Part shown: positions 1-9,000 of the stretch, piece by piece
Position numbering within the stretch: position 1 is the first letter of the stretch
Layout of the letters: every line of letters starts with the position of its first letter
Origin: an uncultured virus (IMG/VR IMGVR_UViG_3300009104_000011)
Lineage: Duplodnaviria; Heunggongvirae; Uroviricota; Caudoviricetes
Direction: 5' to 3' (one strand)
Length of the DNA: 20,000 bases
IMG/VR virus record: IMGVR_UViG_3300009104_000011
Made by a program: the position numbers and the translations under genes
Notes under the pieces: model-generated
What the model was told of the DNA's origin: nothing
The model's database searches: none
The model's input: the letters and a program-made list of their open reading frames with translations, nothing else

Positions 1-647
1 TGACAACACCGCAACCACAACCTCCTACTAACTTAGATGGTGTGTTTTTTGAAGACGCCAATCAAAGTACAGAGGTAATAACGCCACCAGAGCCCGTACA
101 ACAAACTCAACCGCAACCACAAGAAATTACACAATTAACCGAGGACGAGTACAAGAAGATACTCTTTGGAGCATTTGTGGAAGCAATGGGACCAGTCGCT
201 AACGACCAACAGGTCCTTGCCGCACTACAAGAGCAAATTGATGTGGCGGTTTCTACAACATTAATTGAGATACCCGAAGCACTAGCACAAGTTCAACTAC
301 AGCGAATGAATGAGAAACTATTACTCATAAGAAATCTCAGAGATATCGGTATGGGTATGATGGACCTACGAGAGAGAACAACACTGGGAGAAGCACCGTC
401 AGACATGATTGTTGCAGCCGGAGTGTCAGAATTGAGGAGCAATCCAGAGTTTTACAAAATATTCGCAGACAATACTTACGATGAGTTAATGGCCAAGATT
501 GAGCCCTTCAAGACTACTGGCGCAGTAGAACAAGACTACCTATATCTACAGAAGCCGGAGGTTCAAGAAGTGTGTAGGTATTTGTTACAAGCAGTCAAAA
601 ATGATGCCCTACAGAATGGTATACCAGAAATGCCAACTCTAGCATAG
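1..647 (+). CDS. Hypothetical acidic alpha-helical protein with Pro/Gln-rich N-terminus; probably 5'-truncated by the window edge
   Basis: The frame of track ORF 42..647 is open back to base 3 (TTPQPQPPTNLDGVFFED). Bases 1-2 'tg' would complete an ATG one base outside the window. Contains RSNP at 435-446. Confidence 0.75.
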   Translation, partial: TTPQPQPPTNLDGVFFEDANQSTEVITPPEPVQQTQPQPQEITQLTEDEYKKILFGAFVEAMGPVANDQQVLAALQEQIDVAVSTTLIEIPEALAQVQLQRMNEKLLLIRNLRDIGMGMMDLRERTTLGEAPSDMIVAAGVSELRSNPEFYKIFADNTYDELMAKIEPFKTTGAVEQDYLYLQKPEVQEVCRYLLQAVKNDALQNGIPEMPTLA

Positions 648-661
648 GGGTGATTTAGTTG

Positions 662-1390
662 ATGTTTGAAGACGACGGACCTGTGACTAGATATAAGAAT
701 GATAGAATAGTTATTCCTATATGGGGATTCTTACTAATATTCTTCGGCCCAGCCGTAGTTACTGTTACCTATCTATATCACTATTCGACAATGGAATACA
801 CAGCATCTGCGATAATAGCATTGGCTGTAATGAATGGTTCGATAAACACAGTAATTGCGTGGCTAACTATTCGTCTTGACGGACATTCTAATGACGCACT
901 AGAACACCTTGATACGATTATGGTCGCAATGGAAGAACTAGACGAAACAATGATCGAAGCAAACGAGATGGTTGAGAGTTTCACAACGGATTTGGACAGT
1001 GCTAAAGCACTATTCGATAAGGTTGGCGTGGACTTAGGAGCATTAGATTTGGAGCCAGTTGCTGAGGTTGTCGAGAAGTTGAAAGACAACAAGGATGAAC
1101 TAAACGAGATCCTAAATCACATGAAAGAGGTCGATGTAAAGCACTATATTGACCAAGCAAAGAGGATTGATTGGCAGTCATTGTTAGATTCTGTTGAGGA
1201 AATAATGGGCTTTATTCAATCTAAATCTGGCCCGATTCAAGTACCAAAACCATCTGTCTCCAATGTTGTTTTACCGAATGTCGGTGGTTCGGTGTTTGAT
1301 GAAGAAGAGGATGGCGATTTCTTTTCTGACAGCCTACAACTATCTCCACCAACAAGGGGACTGAGCCTTACGCCACCAAAGCGGCCCTAA
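662..1390 (+). CDS. Membrane protein: two N-terminal TM helices, long acidic coiled coil, Pro-rich/acidic tail
   Basis: Hydrophobic segments IVIPIWGFLLIFFGPAVVTVTYLY and ASAIIALAVMNGSINTVIAWLTI. SD GGGGTGA at 647-653. Start is either ATG 662 or TTG 659. Confidence 0.75.
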   Translation: MFEDDGPVTRYKNDRIVIPIWGFLLIFFGPAVVTVTYLYHYSTMEYTASAIIALAVMNGSINTVIAWLTIRLDGHSNDALEHLDTIMVAMEELDETMIEANEMVESFTTDLDSAKALFDKVGVDLGALDLEPVAEVVEKLKDNKDELNEILNHMKEVDVKHYIDQAKRIDWQSLLDSVEEIMGFIQSKSGPIQVPKPSVSNVVLPNVGGSVFDEEEDGDFFSDSLQLSPPTRGLSLTPPKRP

Positions 1391-1824
1391 CTAAGTTCTT
1401 CTAGTTCCTTGAAACGAATTTTGGTGAAAGGTGCCTCGCCTTGAGCGCACTGAATCTTTTCTGCTGACACTTTCACAATTTGATTATCGTCCAAAAAGGC
1501 CACTCCGGAACAACCATCCTTGACTAATTTGATCAAGTTATCAAGATCTGGCTTTTTCACGCGCCAAATACGCGGGCGAGGGGTTCGCTTTCGCTCTTGG
1601 CTCTTTGGTAACTTTATACCAAACTGAATTTGCAGCATAATTGGACCACTCAGGATATCAATATCTTGTTCCTTCATTGCTTGAGAAACGAAAAACCTAA
1701 CAGACTGCTTTCCGTCTTTGCTTTTTTTGGGATCGTATGCACGAGGAAACCCACCATGAGAACTAAATCTTGGTCTCCCTTGAGCAACCGGCTCGCCGGG
1801 TATGACGACAGTAATCTCCTTCAT
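1387..1824 (-). CDS. rusA: RusA-family endodeoxyribonuclease (Holliday junction resolvase)
   Basis: Family motifs GEPVAQGRPR, KPDLDNLIKLVKDG and LDDNQIV; 145 aa. Confidence 0.92.
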   Translation of the reverse strand: MKEITVVIPGEPVAQGRPRFSSHGGFPRAYDPKKSKDGKQSVRFFVSQAMKEQDIDILSGPIMLQIQFGIKLPKSQERKRTPRPRIWRVKKPDLDNLIKLVKDGCSGVAFLDDNQIVKVSAEKIQCAQGEAPFTKIRFKELEELS

Positions 1825-1861
1825 CGAATTGAAACCACAATTACTGAGTAATGAAGATTGT

Positions 1862-1897
1862 GAAAGGCGTTAAAGTCAAGCACCCTGTCCGAAGACC
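1862..1897 (+). promoter_or_regulatory. Candidate archaeal BRE/TATA promoter for a leaderless transcript; lies in the divergent region shared with rusA
   Basis: GAAAGG followed by TTAAAG at 1870-1875, 28 nt upstream of ATG 1898; no SD before this ATG. Confidence 0.45.
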
Positions 1898-2596
1898 ATG
1901 GAAGAGGGCCAAGTCCTTCACATAAAGTACAAAGACCACGTTCCTATTCAGAAGCGATTTGAGAGCATCGTTCGCATAATCGTAGACATGATTGAGGATG
2001 GGATGCGCGATCAAGTAGTTAGGCAAAAAGCAATATCTATTGTAAATGCTGCCGGAGTTCGTGGTCACGACGAAGTTGGTGAAATACGCGCTATCACAAA
2101 GTGGGTACAGACACACATGGTTTATCGCAAAGAACCTGTAGGTGTAGAATATTTTCACACAGCCCGAAGGCTACTACGTGATATTGATAATGGCTCTTCC
2201 GCAGGGGATTGTGACGACTTTGTTATTCTCGGTGGATCGCTACTTGGTTCACTAGGTTATCCAGTAGGCGCACTAATCGTAGACTCGTCAGGTGATGGAA
2301 CTTTCAATCACGTTATGTTAGTGACAAAAACTTTCACTGCAACAAGAGAGTTTGGAGATAATTGGATACCTGTCGAGTTAATCTATCCAGAATTTGAATT
2401 AGGACAAAGTGTACCGGTTTCAAAGGTCTATCCGCTAATGGCCGATGCAAAATCAATACGCTCACCTGTAACACATAAGACAATAAGTGGTTTAGGTAAC
2501 GTACAAGTTACTAATTCCTTGAAGCCCGGTGTTAGAAGTAATCGTTTTAGAGAAATGTTATCGAAACACCCTTTGGCAAAATTATTTAGAAGGTGA
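1898..2596 (+). CDS. Transglutaminase-like (papain-fold) cysteine enzyme; candidate virion maturation protease or cross-linker
   Basis: AITKWVQTHMVYRKEP, then GDCDD (Cys105, 2210-2212), NHV (His138, 2309-2311) and WIPVE (Glu160, 2375-2377, where Asp is usual). Confidence 0.85.
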   Translation: MEEGQVLHIKYKDHVPIQKRFESIVRIIVDMIEDGMRDQVVRQKAISIVNAAGVRGHDEVGEIRAITKWVQTHMVYRKEPVGVEYFHTARRLLRDIDNGSSAGDCDDFVILGGSLLGSLGYPVGALIVDSSGDGTFNHVMLVTKTFTATREFGDNWIPVELIYPEFELGQSVPVSKVYPLMADAKSIRSPVTHKTISGLGNVQVTNSLKPGVRSNRFREMLSKHPLAKLFRR

Positions 2597-2600
2597 TTAG

Positions 2601-2759
2601 ATGCAGATTCCTAAGAATGACTCAGCCTATCGACTATTACAGGCACCAACTTATTCTCGCGTGGGTTCCGTCTCTGTTTTAGATAGTGGATTTTGGGGAA
2701 CTCTCATAAGTATAGCCGCCGTCGGACTCTTGACGGTGACACTCTTTAACCGACTTTGA
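2601..2759 (+). CDS. Small 52-aa membrane protein (not in ORF track)
   Basis: MQIPKNDSAYRLLQAPTYSRVGSVSVLDSGFWGTLISIAAVGLLTVTLFNRL*. SD AGGTGA at 2591-2596; fills the gap between neighbours exactly; C-terminal TM helix. Confidence 0.8.
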   Translation: MQIPKNDSAYRLLQAPTYSRVGSVSVLDSGFWGTLISIAAVGLLTVTLFNRL

Positions 2760-2768
2760 ATGAGATGA

Positions 2769-3212
2769 TTGACAATGCCAGCAATGAATATATCGCTACA
2801 ACGCAGAATTGGAAGGCTACCTAAAAGCCCAGATTACTTGGACAATGTACCGCCTTCAATTTTTGAATACAACCACCGTGGATTCGGAATGAGAACGCCT
2901 ACACCAACTTACAAAGGATTCTTCGGAATCGGTAAGCACAAGCAGGGTCATGCGGGTAACGAAAATGGGGATGGTATGTTGAGTGCAATTTATGGAAACG
3001 ACGGAACTCGTTCTCTTCCAGCACCGGGAATCTACGGCATTGGTAGCGCTCCCGGCGAAGAAACAGTTATGCCTGCAGCGACAGAGTACAAGCCGACTCA
3101 TTGGAATACCCCTGGCCTCTTTGGAATTCAGGACACAATAACTCAGAACTGGAAGCCGCTTGCGGCAGTATTGGTAATAGGATACGTCGCTAAGCAGAAG
3201 AAGTGGATCTGA
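2769..3212 (+). CDS. Gly/Pro-rich protein with C-terminal membrane anchor and repeated G-hydrophobic-G motifs
   Basis: RGFG, GFFGIG, AIYG, PGIYGIG and PGLFGI repeats; C-terminus LAAVLVIGYVAKQKKWI. ATG 2775 is an alternative start. Confidence 0.75.
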   Translation: MTMPAMNISLQRRIGRLPKSPDYLDNVPPSIFEYNHRGFGMRTPTPTYKGFFGIGKHKQGHAGNENGDGMLSAIYGNDGTRSLPAPGIYGIGSAPGEETVMPAATEYKPTHWNTPGLFGIQDTITQNWKPLAAVLVIGYVAKQKKWI

Positions 3213-3224
3213 GTAGTTGATGGT

Positions 3225-4115
3225 ATGCCAAGAAAGCGATCTTTTCTAGGAGACAATAGGTACCTTGTAGGTGGCCTAGCCCTCGGAGGCTTGTATCTTC
3301 TCACAAAAGGCGGTAGCGCTCTAGGTCCTGCTGCCGAGGCAATCAGCAGAAGGGCTAATCCAGATGATGAATCAGCAGCCGCGGGTGTGACTCCCGGACT
3401 ATTTTATTACATCAGCGAAGCAACAGAGTGGAATGATTACCAAATCATGAAGCCAGCAATTTCGCCTGACACACCAGAAATCATAATTCCTTACACCCAA
3501 AATGATGCAGTAATTCATCTAATGGCTCGCGGTATGCCGGAAAACGTATCTCAGTCAGAAGCACGAAAGATAATTGCAAGAGGATATCCTAGTATAGTAC
3601 ATAGACTAGAGGGAATATACAATAGAAGTAATATGACTGTAGGAGATAGAAAGGAAGTATATGCTCACTTAACACCTCTATACAATGTAATGGGAACACC
3701 AAATGGACAGAGAGTCCCTGCTCCCGGAGCAACTGTTGCAACAACCACACCTACAGCAGAGTCTGTTCAAGGTATGGCAGTTAGAAGAAACGTTGCTGGA
3801 AACTACAGTCCCGGATCAAATCTAATGGGACACCAGACAACAAATCGTGCCGGAAATAGAAGACTGCGTGCAATTAGCGGAATGAAGTCATGGACTAAAG
3901 ATCACACACGTCAGGTCTACGACCAAAGAAGAAATATTTCTGCAACAAGAGAAATGACACTCAGAAATATGAAAGCGGGTATGGATATTGATCTTTACAA
4001 ACCCGTAGAAACACTTGAGATTTTCAGTGAAGCACCACAGCGCAACACGCATGAAGTAGACAATGTCGGTAACGCACTCGTTAAAACGAGGGACTCCATG
4101 CGAAGGATGCTGTGA
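3225..4115 (+). CDS. Hypothetical protein with N-terminal membrane anchor and Arg-rich C-terminal half
   Basis: YLVGGLALGGLYLLT hydrophobic segment; RRANP at 3348-3362; tightly packed in the operon. Confidence 0.75.
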   Translation: MPRKRSFLGDNRYLVGGLALGGLYLLTKGGSALGPAAEAISRRANPDDESAAAGVTPGLFYYISEATEWNDYQIMKPAISPDTPEIIIPYTQNDAVIHLMARGMPENVSQSEARKIIARGYPSIVHRLEGIYNRSNMTVGDRKEVYAHLTPLYNVMGTPNGQRVPAPGATVATTTPTAESVQGMAVRRNVAGNYSPGSNLMGHQTTNRAGNRRLRAISGMKSWTKDHTRQVYDQRRNISATREMTLRNMKAGMDIDLYKPVETLEIFSEAPQRNTHEVDNVGNALVKTRDSMRRML

Positions 4116-4119
4116 TTGA

Positions 4120-7100
4120 ATGACTTTGCAAAGAAGACGCCGCCGCAATGCGGATATCTTTGACACTGGGCCTTTTGGTGCATACAATAACTTTGGATTC
4201 ATTGATGATGGCGGTGACAGCGGCGGTGGCGGCGGCAGCGACGGTGGCGGTAGTTCAAACTCAGAACAAATCAGATACCATAGCACCTACTGGTATTATG
4301 TTTTACCAGTTTACTCCACTGGAAGTCGACCATCCATTCTTCATTATGCGTGGACCGTATATGATGATGTCAATGATGTAGGGACTACAGACCCGCTTGC
4401 TAGTGGAACAGGAGTCACCGATGAGATGGCAGATGCGGCAGCAAAGTCAGCAATTGATACATTAAAAATCGAAGCAGAAGCAGCCGCAGCCGCTGCGGAA
4501 GGCTATATTATTTACTTAACATGGGCGGACGTCTATTACCATCACATGATTATGGGACAACTTACAACAGAGCAAGCAAAAGATATCCTAGCAAATCAAT
4601 TTAATATTAGCGGTGAGGGGCTTGCGCGATACCCTGGACAGTGGGGCTCAGGTATGGCGTATTACGACGAATCAACTTTCTTAGAGCAGTTTGAGGTCCA
4701 TGATAGGCAAGAAGAAGGAGAAATAGAAGAGTATGCTCCACAGATACCAGTTATTGATTACGAAGCAGGATCGTACCTATTACCAAATGTAGGTAATGCT
4801 ACGATGGCGGATCAGCCCATACCAACAAACACCGCATACAAGTATTGGGACGGCAATCTAAAGTCACACAATTGGGCAGACCACGGTATGTCTACGCCCG
4901 AAATGGGCGATGTAAAAGACGGTGGAAGGTATCCTAAACCAATAGTGGATTCGTACGGTGGATATGCTGTTTCATTGAGTCATTATATTGCATCTTATGA
5001 CCCCAATGGGGCGTTTTTAGGATTCAGGGTGCTGACCGCGTCAGAACTTGAGGGAGGAATACCGGCAGGAATCCCCATTGCGACAGTTATGCAAATGTTC
5101 ACCAAGTGCGCCAAGTCTAGAAATGGGCACGATTTCAAAAACAATGGTAGAAACTTCATGTTGGATACCGAAAAGGAACCAGTATGGAGAAAGGCATTAG
5201 ATATGCCTATGCAGCCAAAAAGTTTCTTCCTTTGCGAAACAGCATTTGCAAGAGGACGACCGATACCAAAACCAACAGGCGGTCGTGACAATCAGGTGAT
5301 CATTGAAGGTACACACGGGTTCAATAATGATGATTTGACCATAGCCTATGATACAGGGTATAATGACGTAAAATCTGTATTCGGTAATCTTGGTAGAGAA
5401 GACACTCTTAACAGAGAAGTATACGAAAAGGCAGGCGATGAAGCCACAGCAGAAGCAGGATTTAGTGGATTGGGCTTCAAGATGACCTGGTCACCTCCGT
5501 CCAAGGCTTCTGGATGGCGCAGTAAAGTATACTATGCTGCAAAGGTTGAGTGGCTCGGAGAAAATGGACAGTTTGGTGCTTATTCGACGCACCCAGAAAG
5601 TATACCCGACTGTGACTCAGAACAAGGGAAAACCATGGTTATCTACAGATTTCCAAGACAATTAGACCCTGTAGTAGATAAAAATCTACTAGACTTTTAC
5701 GCAGCAAATGGAATGCCAAACTATGATATAACTCATACTGGAAAGTGTTATCCATTCCCCGAAGTTCATACAATGTCCTCTGGAGATGTTTCCTCATACA
5801 CAGATGCTCGTGACACCAAATATGGGTTAATTGGAAGACTAATGCCAACTAATTCAGATGCAATAGATGCAGAAAAATATGAAGCAGAATACAATGGAGA
5901 AGTATATGCTGGCCGTAGAGTAATTAGTTTCTTACCAATGATATCACCGAGTCTACCACCATCAAATAGACACCGACCGTACATCTTGAATGGAGAAGAT
6001 CTTTGGCCACTTTATTCGGCTTCTATGCATTACAAGAAAACTGATTGGTTTTGTTTTGACACGGGTTTAATTACTGGGGCTGCAATATCTATTACAGACC
6101 CATATAAGAAAGCGTATCTCGGTAGTGGCAGAGTAACCAACGCTTACTTCCCAAAGGCTAATTTAGACGTTGGAAGTACTGCTTTCGCAGTCGGCCAATG
6201 TATGCTTGCTTACGACATGGAAAGCCCGTCTGTTGATGCTAGGTTAGGAGAAAACTTTCCTACTGTCAATTTGCCTCACTCGTCTGAGAGAATAATAATT
6301 ACTACAGAACCTGGGAAAATGGATAGTGCTGGAATGCCTTTCAGATCCAAAGAACTAGACCCGATCGGAAGAGTAGACGATGGTTCTATGGCTGGAAGTT
6401 CCAAGTCAGATTATCTATCACCTATTCAAGTAATCACTACACAGGATTTAGTCAATATGGAGGCTACGCCACCAATGCCTGAGCCGGTAGGAATGGCTGC
6501 AATTAGAGATGCATGGAAAAATACAATGGGAACAGAACTTACAGCAGCGTCATTTGCGGCACTTCCAAATATAGGCGCATTCGACAATCCAACAAAATAC
6601 GGTGTTAGAGACCCCAACAATCCATTAAATTACATCATAAATACAAACTATGGTACGTTTAGTTTTCCCTTCACAATAGCCATATTCCAAGTACCTTTGC
6701 ACCATAGAGGACCAGTTCTAAAATATAGCGACGAAGTTGATACGAATGGTAATCTTAAACCACTTGAGTCAAGTTCGGAAAAACCAGGATATATCGGAAC
6801 AAAGGATGTAAGGCTGGTCTATCAAAGTCCTTTCGGAGAAGTAAACAGTTCCATAATCAATCTCGATAGAAAAATACAGAGACAACTAGACACAGTAGAA
6901 TTAGATGAACATGGTAATCCGATAGAGGGCGAAGTTAGCGACTTGTTTGAAGAACAAACTCAAGAAGGTGGCATCGATGAAGGACAGTATACAGAAGACG
7001 AGCAAGAAATATTCACCGAAAGGCAGTTCAAGAACTGGATGTATGATAAACTCATGGAAGACTATGGCGATGTTAAATGGACAAGCACACCATTTAAGCA

Positions 7101-7689
7101 ACACTTCCATCTTTGGAATAAAGACTACGTTACAGGTAAGATGCTGTTAGAAAAATTCGGAACTGACCCCGATTTCAAACTACCCGGAGTAGATTACTCA
7201 GTATACGAAGCAAGAGCCTCGGAGTTAGGAATTCAAATGGTTTCACAAGTTACAGACGACGAGGCTCAAGATGACCAAGCGGCAAACATGTTAGGTCTTG
7301 GAGCGTTCACAAATTCACAAGGATTTACCGTAACAGACGTTACTGCAAAGTGGGGAACAATGGAAGCCGCTAATGCAAGATACACCGGAGATGTCGGGAT
7401 GTCCATGGTGCCTTATGAGGCAAATGTCAAAAACGAGCAACTCGGATATATGGCAATGAGCAACCTCAGCGGGCTTGGATATCCGGGTGAAGGCGTCATA
7501 GATGACGCTAAAGGATTCGCAGCAGATGTCACAATGGAAGCCGCAAAATGGTCTGGACTTGGAGTGGGACTTGGGCTTGGTGGAGCAGTTATGATTCTGG
7601 CTGGTGGTGTAGCAGTTGGTATAGCAGCAAAAGAAAGTGGAAAAGCCGTGTGGACAATACTTAACAAGAAGAGTCCAAACTCGATTTAA
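4120..7689 (+). CDS. Large (1189 aa) acidic protein with Gly-rich C-terminal TM anchor; possible spike/adhesin-like virion protein
   Basis: Long ORF with N-terminal RRRRR and a poly-Gly linker, an aromatic/Gly/Pro-rich core, and C-terminal GLGVGLGLGGAVMILAGGVAVGIAA. Function is inferred only. Confidence 0.8.
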   Translation: MTLQRRRRRNADIFDTGPFGAYNNFGFIDDGGDSGGGGGSDGGGSSNSEQIRYHSTYWYYVLPVYSTGSRPSILHYAWTVYDDVNDVGTTDPLASGTGVTDEMADAAAKSAIDTLKIEAEAAAAAAEGYIIYLTWADVYYHHMIMGQLTTEQAKDILANQFNISGEGLARYPGQWGSGMAYYDESTFLEQFEVHDRQEEGEIEEYAPQIPVIDYEAGSYLLPNVGNATMADQPIPTNTAYKYWDGNLKSHNWADHGMSTPEMGDVKDGGRYPKPIVDSYGGYAVSLSHYIASYDPNGAFLGFRVLTASELEGGIPAGIPIATVMQMFTKCAKSRNGHDFKNNGRNFMLDTEKEPVWRKALDMPMQPKSFFLCETAFARGRPIPKPTGGRDNQVIIEGTHGFNNDDLTIAYDTGYNDVKSVFGNLGREDTLNREVYEKAGDEATAEAGFSGLGFKMTWSPPSKASGWRSKVYYAAKVEWLGENGQFGAYSTHPESIPDCDSEQGKTMVIYRFPRQLDPVVDKNLLDFYAANGMPNYDITHTGKCYPFPEVHTMSSGDVSSYTDARDTKYGLIGRLMPTNSDAIDAEKYEAEYNGEVYAGRRVISFLPMISPSLPPSNRHRPYILNGEDLWPLYSASMHYKKTDWFCFDTGLITGAAISITDPYKKAYLGSGRVTNAYFPKANLDVGSTAFAVGQCMLAYDMESPSVDARLGENFPTVNLPHSSERIIITTEPGKMDSAGMPFRSKELDPIGRVDDGSMAGSSKSDYLSPIQVITTQDLVNMEATPPMPEPVGMAAIRDAWKNTMGTELTAASFAALPNIGAFDNPTKYGVRDPNNPLNYIINTNYGTFSFPFTIAIFQVPLHHRGPVLKYSDEVDTNGNLKPLESSSEKPGYIGTKDVRLVYQSPFGEVNSSIINLDRKIQRQLDTVELDEHGNPIEGEVSDLFEEQTQEGGIDEGQYTEDEQEIFTERQFKNWMYDKLMEDYGDVKWTSTPFKQHFHLWNKDYVTGKMLLEKFGTDPDFKLPGVDYSVYEARASELGIQMVSQVTDDEAQDDQAANMLGLGAFTNSQGFTVTDVTAKWGTMEAANARYTGDVGMSMVPYEANVKNEQLGYMAMSNLSGLGYPGEGVIDDAKGFAADVTMEAAKWSGLGVGLGLGGAVMILAGGVAVGIAAKESGKAVWTILNKKSPNSI
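4209..4251 (+). repeat. GGC/GGT low-complexity tract encoding a Gly/Ser linker (GGDSGGGGGSDGGG)
   Basis: Directly visible in the sequence. Confidence 0.7.
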
Positions 7690-7698
7690 GCAACACCC

Positions 7699-7728
7699 TC
7701 TTAACAACCCACCTAGTGCGCATAACTG
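7699..7728 (+). promoter_or_regulatory. Candidate archaeal TATA-type promoter, leaderless
   Basis: TTAAC at 7701-7705, 28 nt upstream of ATG 7729; no SD. 7701-7726 matches 14578-14603 at 17 of 26 positions. Confidence 0.5.
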
Positions 7729-9000
7729 ATGGCAGTCAGTCCTGACTTTGCAAATCGTTTGGTTTTTGAGTTCAAAGAGAAATCAGCCGAAATTATTGAT
7801 AGGTATAATCTGAGTCATCTTAGAGGAACAGAAAAGATGGATCCAGCCACAAAATTGGCTGCAGAGTTCATTAATCTTGCAAATCAAAGCACAACCAATC
7901 CAAGTGTGACAGAATCAATGCTCGCATCTGAGCAGAGAATGTATCTTAAGACACTTGAGCAAAAAGTCTTAGGAATTACCAAGAACCAAGCCAAGAGTCT
8001 AGATGGACTGCACGCACAGGCATTTGGGACTACTGTAGTTAGTGACGCAAATTGGGACAGGACTGTTTCATCCGTTGCAAAAGAAGTAGACCGAATTGCT
8101 GTCAAGAATAGCAGTTTGATTAACGCATTGACTAAGGAAGAGCAAAAGTACATGGATAACATGTTTGCAACTGTTGTAGAAACCGTCCGAGTAAAGCACG
8201 AAAGAGATCCTTCTGCGCAGAGTTCTATGGATGCAGAAAAGGCAGCATCTCAAGATCTTAGGACTGTGGAAAAGCAGTTAGAAAAGATGGCAACTGACTC
8301 GATTAAGAGAAGACAACACGAGATATACAGTGATTTTGATGAGCAGTTGAATAGGTATTTGCAATCGTTTAACGAGATGCGAAAAGCAATGAAGCCCGTG
8401 GAAGTTAAGAAAGCCAACAATCAAGTTGGTTTGATAAAGAAAATGATGCGAGAACTAAAGACAAATAAGCGACTAATGAGAGATCGAAATCTGCTACAGT
8501 CGCATATTGCAGCAATTCAAAATCAATTCAAAGTGCTAAACGAGATGGAAGGAGACATGTCAGAGACTGTATCCGCAGTTGCTGGTATATTCGGTTCAAC
8601 TGCCAGGCCAAGTAACAGAAGACACTTTTCTTTTGATGGATTTGGTGCAATGATAACCGCTGCGGAGATTGAAAGCAATCACCCAGAAACAAAGAATCCA
8701 GCGCACATTCGTTCTATGCAGTATTTCATGAATCAAGGTCTCACTTTTGACCAAGCACATGAAGCCTCAAAAGCCTATGGTTATGAGATGAATGATGGTG
8801 TGAGAAGCATGGACCTTGATTATAGAGTTAATTATTTGGGTCAAGCCACAGACTATACAGAAGACTCTCATACACTTAGAGAGTCTTCTTTTGGTAGAAA
8901 ACTGTTAAACGTGGGTGCGGGGACAGTAGGTGGAGGGATACTGTTGCTCGGAGGGGGTTTACTCGTTTTAATAGGTATATCAAGGGTGGGAAGTAAATGA
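7729..9000 (+). CDS. Coiled-coil protein with C-terminal Gly-rich TM anchor
   Basis: Helical K/E/Q-rich body; FDGFG motif; C-terminal VGAGTVGGGILLLGGGLLVLIGI; ATGA overlap with the next gene. Confidence 0.8.
   Translation: MAVSPDFANRLVFEFKEKSAEIIDRYNLSHLRGTEKMDPATKLAAEFINLANQSTTNPSVTESMLASEQRMYLKTLEQKVLGITKNQAKSLDGLHAQAFGTTVVSDANWDRTVSSVAKEVDRIAVKNSSLINALTKEEQKYMDNMFATVVETVRVKHERDPSAQSSMDAEKAASQDLRTVEKQLEKMATDSIKRRQHEIYSDFDEQLNRYLQSFNEMRKAMKPVEVKKANNQVGLIKKMMRELKTNKRLMRDRNLLQSHIAAIQNQFKVLNEMEGDMSETVSAVAGIFGSTARPSNRRHFSFDGFGAMITAAEIESNHPETKNPAHIRSMQYFMNQGLTFDQAHEASKAYGYEMNDGVRSMDLDYRVNYLGQATDYTEDSHTLRESSFGRKLLNVGAGTVGGGILLLGGGLLVLIGISRVGSK

Noticed and set aside
39..1330. FFED / MFED / VFDEE / FFSD acidic-aromatic motifs in the first two ORFs
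   Set aside because: Short, low-complexity and too few to distinguish from chance.
2282..2311. EF-hand-like DSSGDG loop (also DLSGDG at about 18117)
   Set aside because: No flanking helix-loop-helix or position-12 acidic residue; too short to support.
3225..3310. Tat-like signal MPRKRSFLG followed by a hydrophobic stretch
   Set aside because: It has KR rather than RR and no clear peptidase site; better explained as a basic N-terminus plus membrane anchor.
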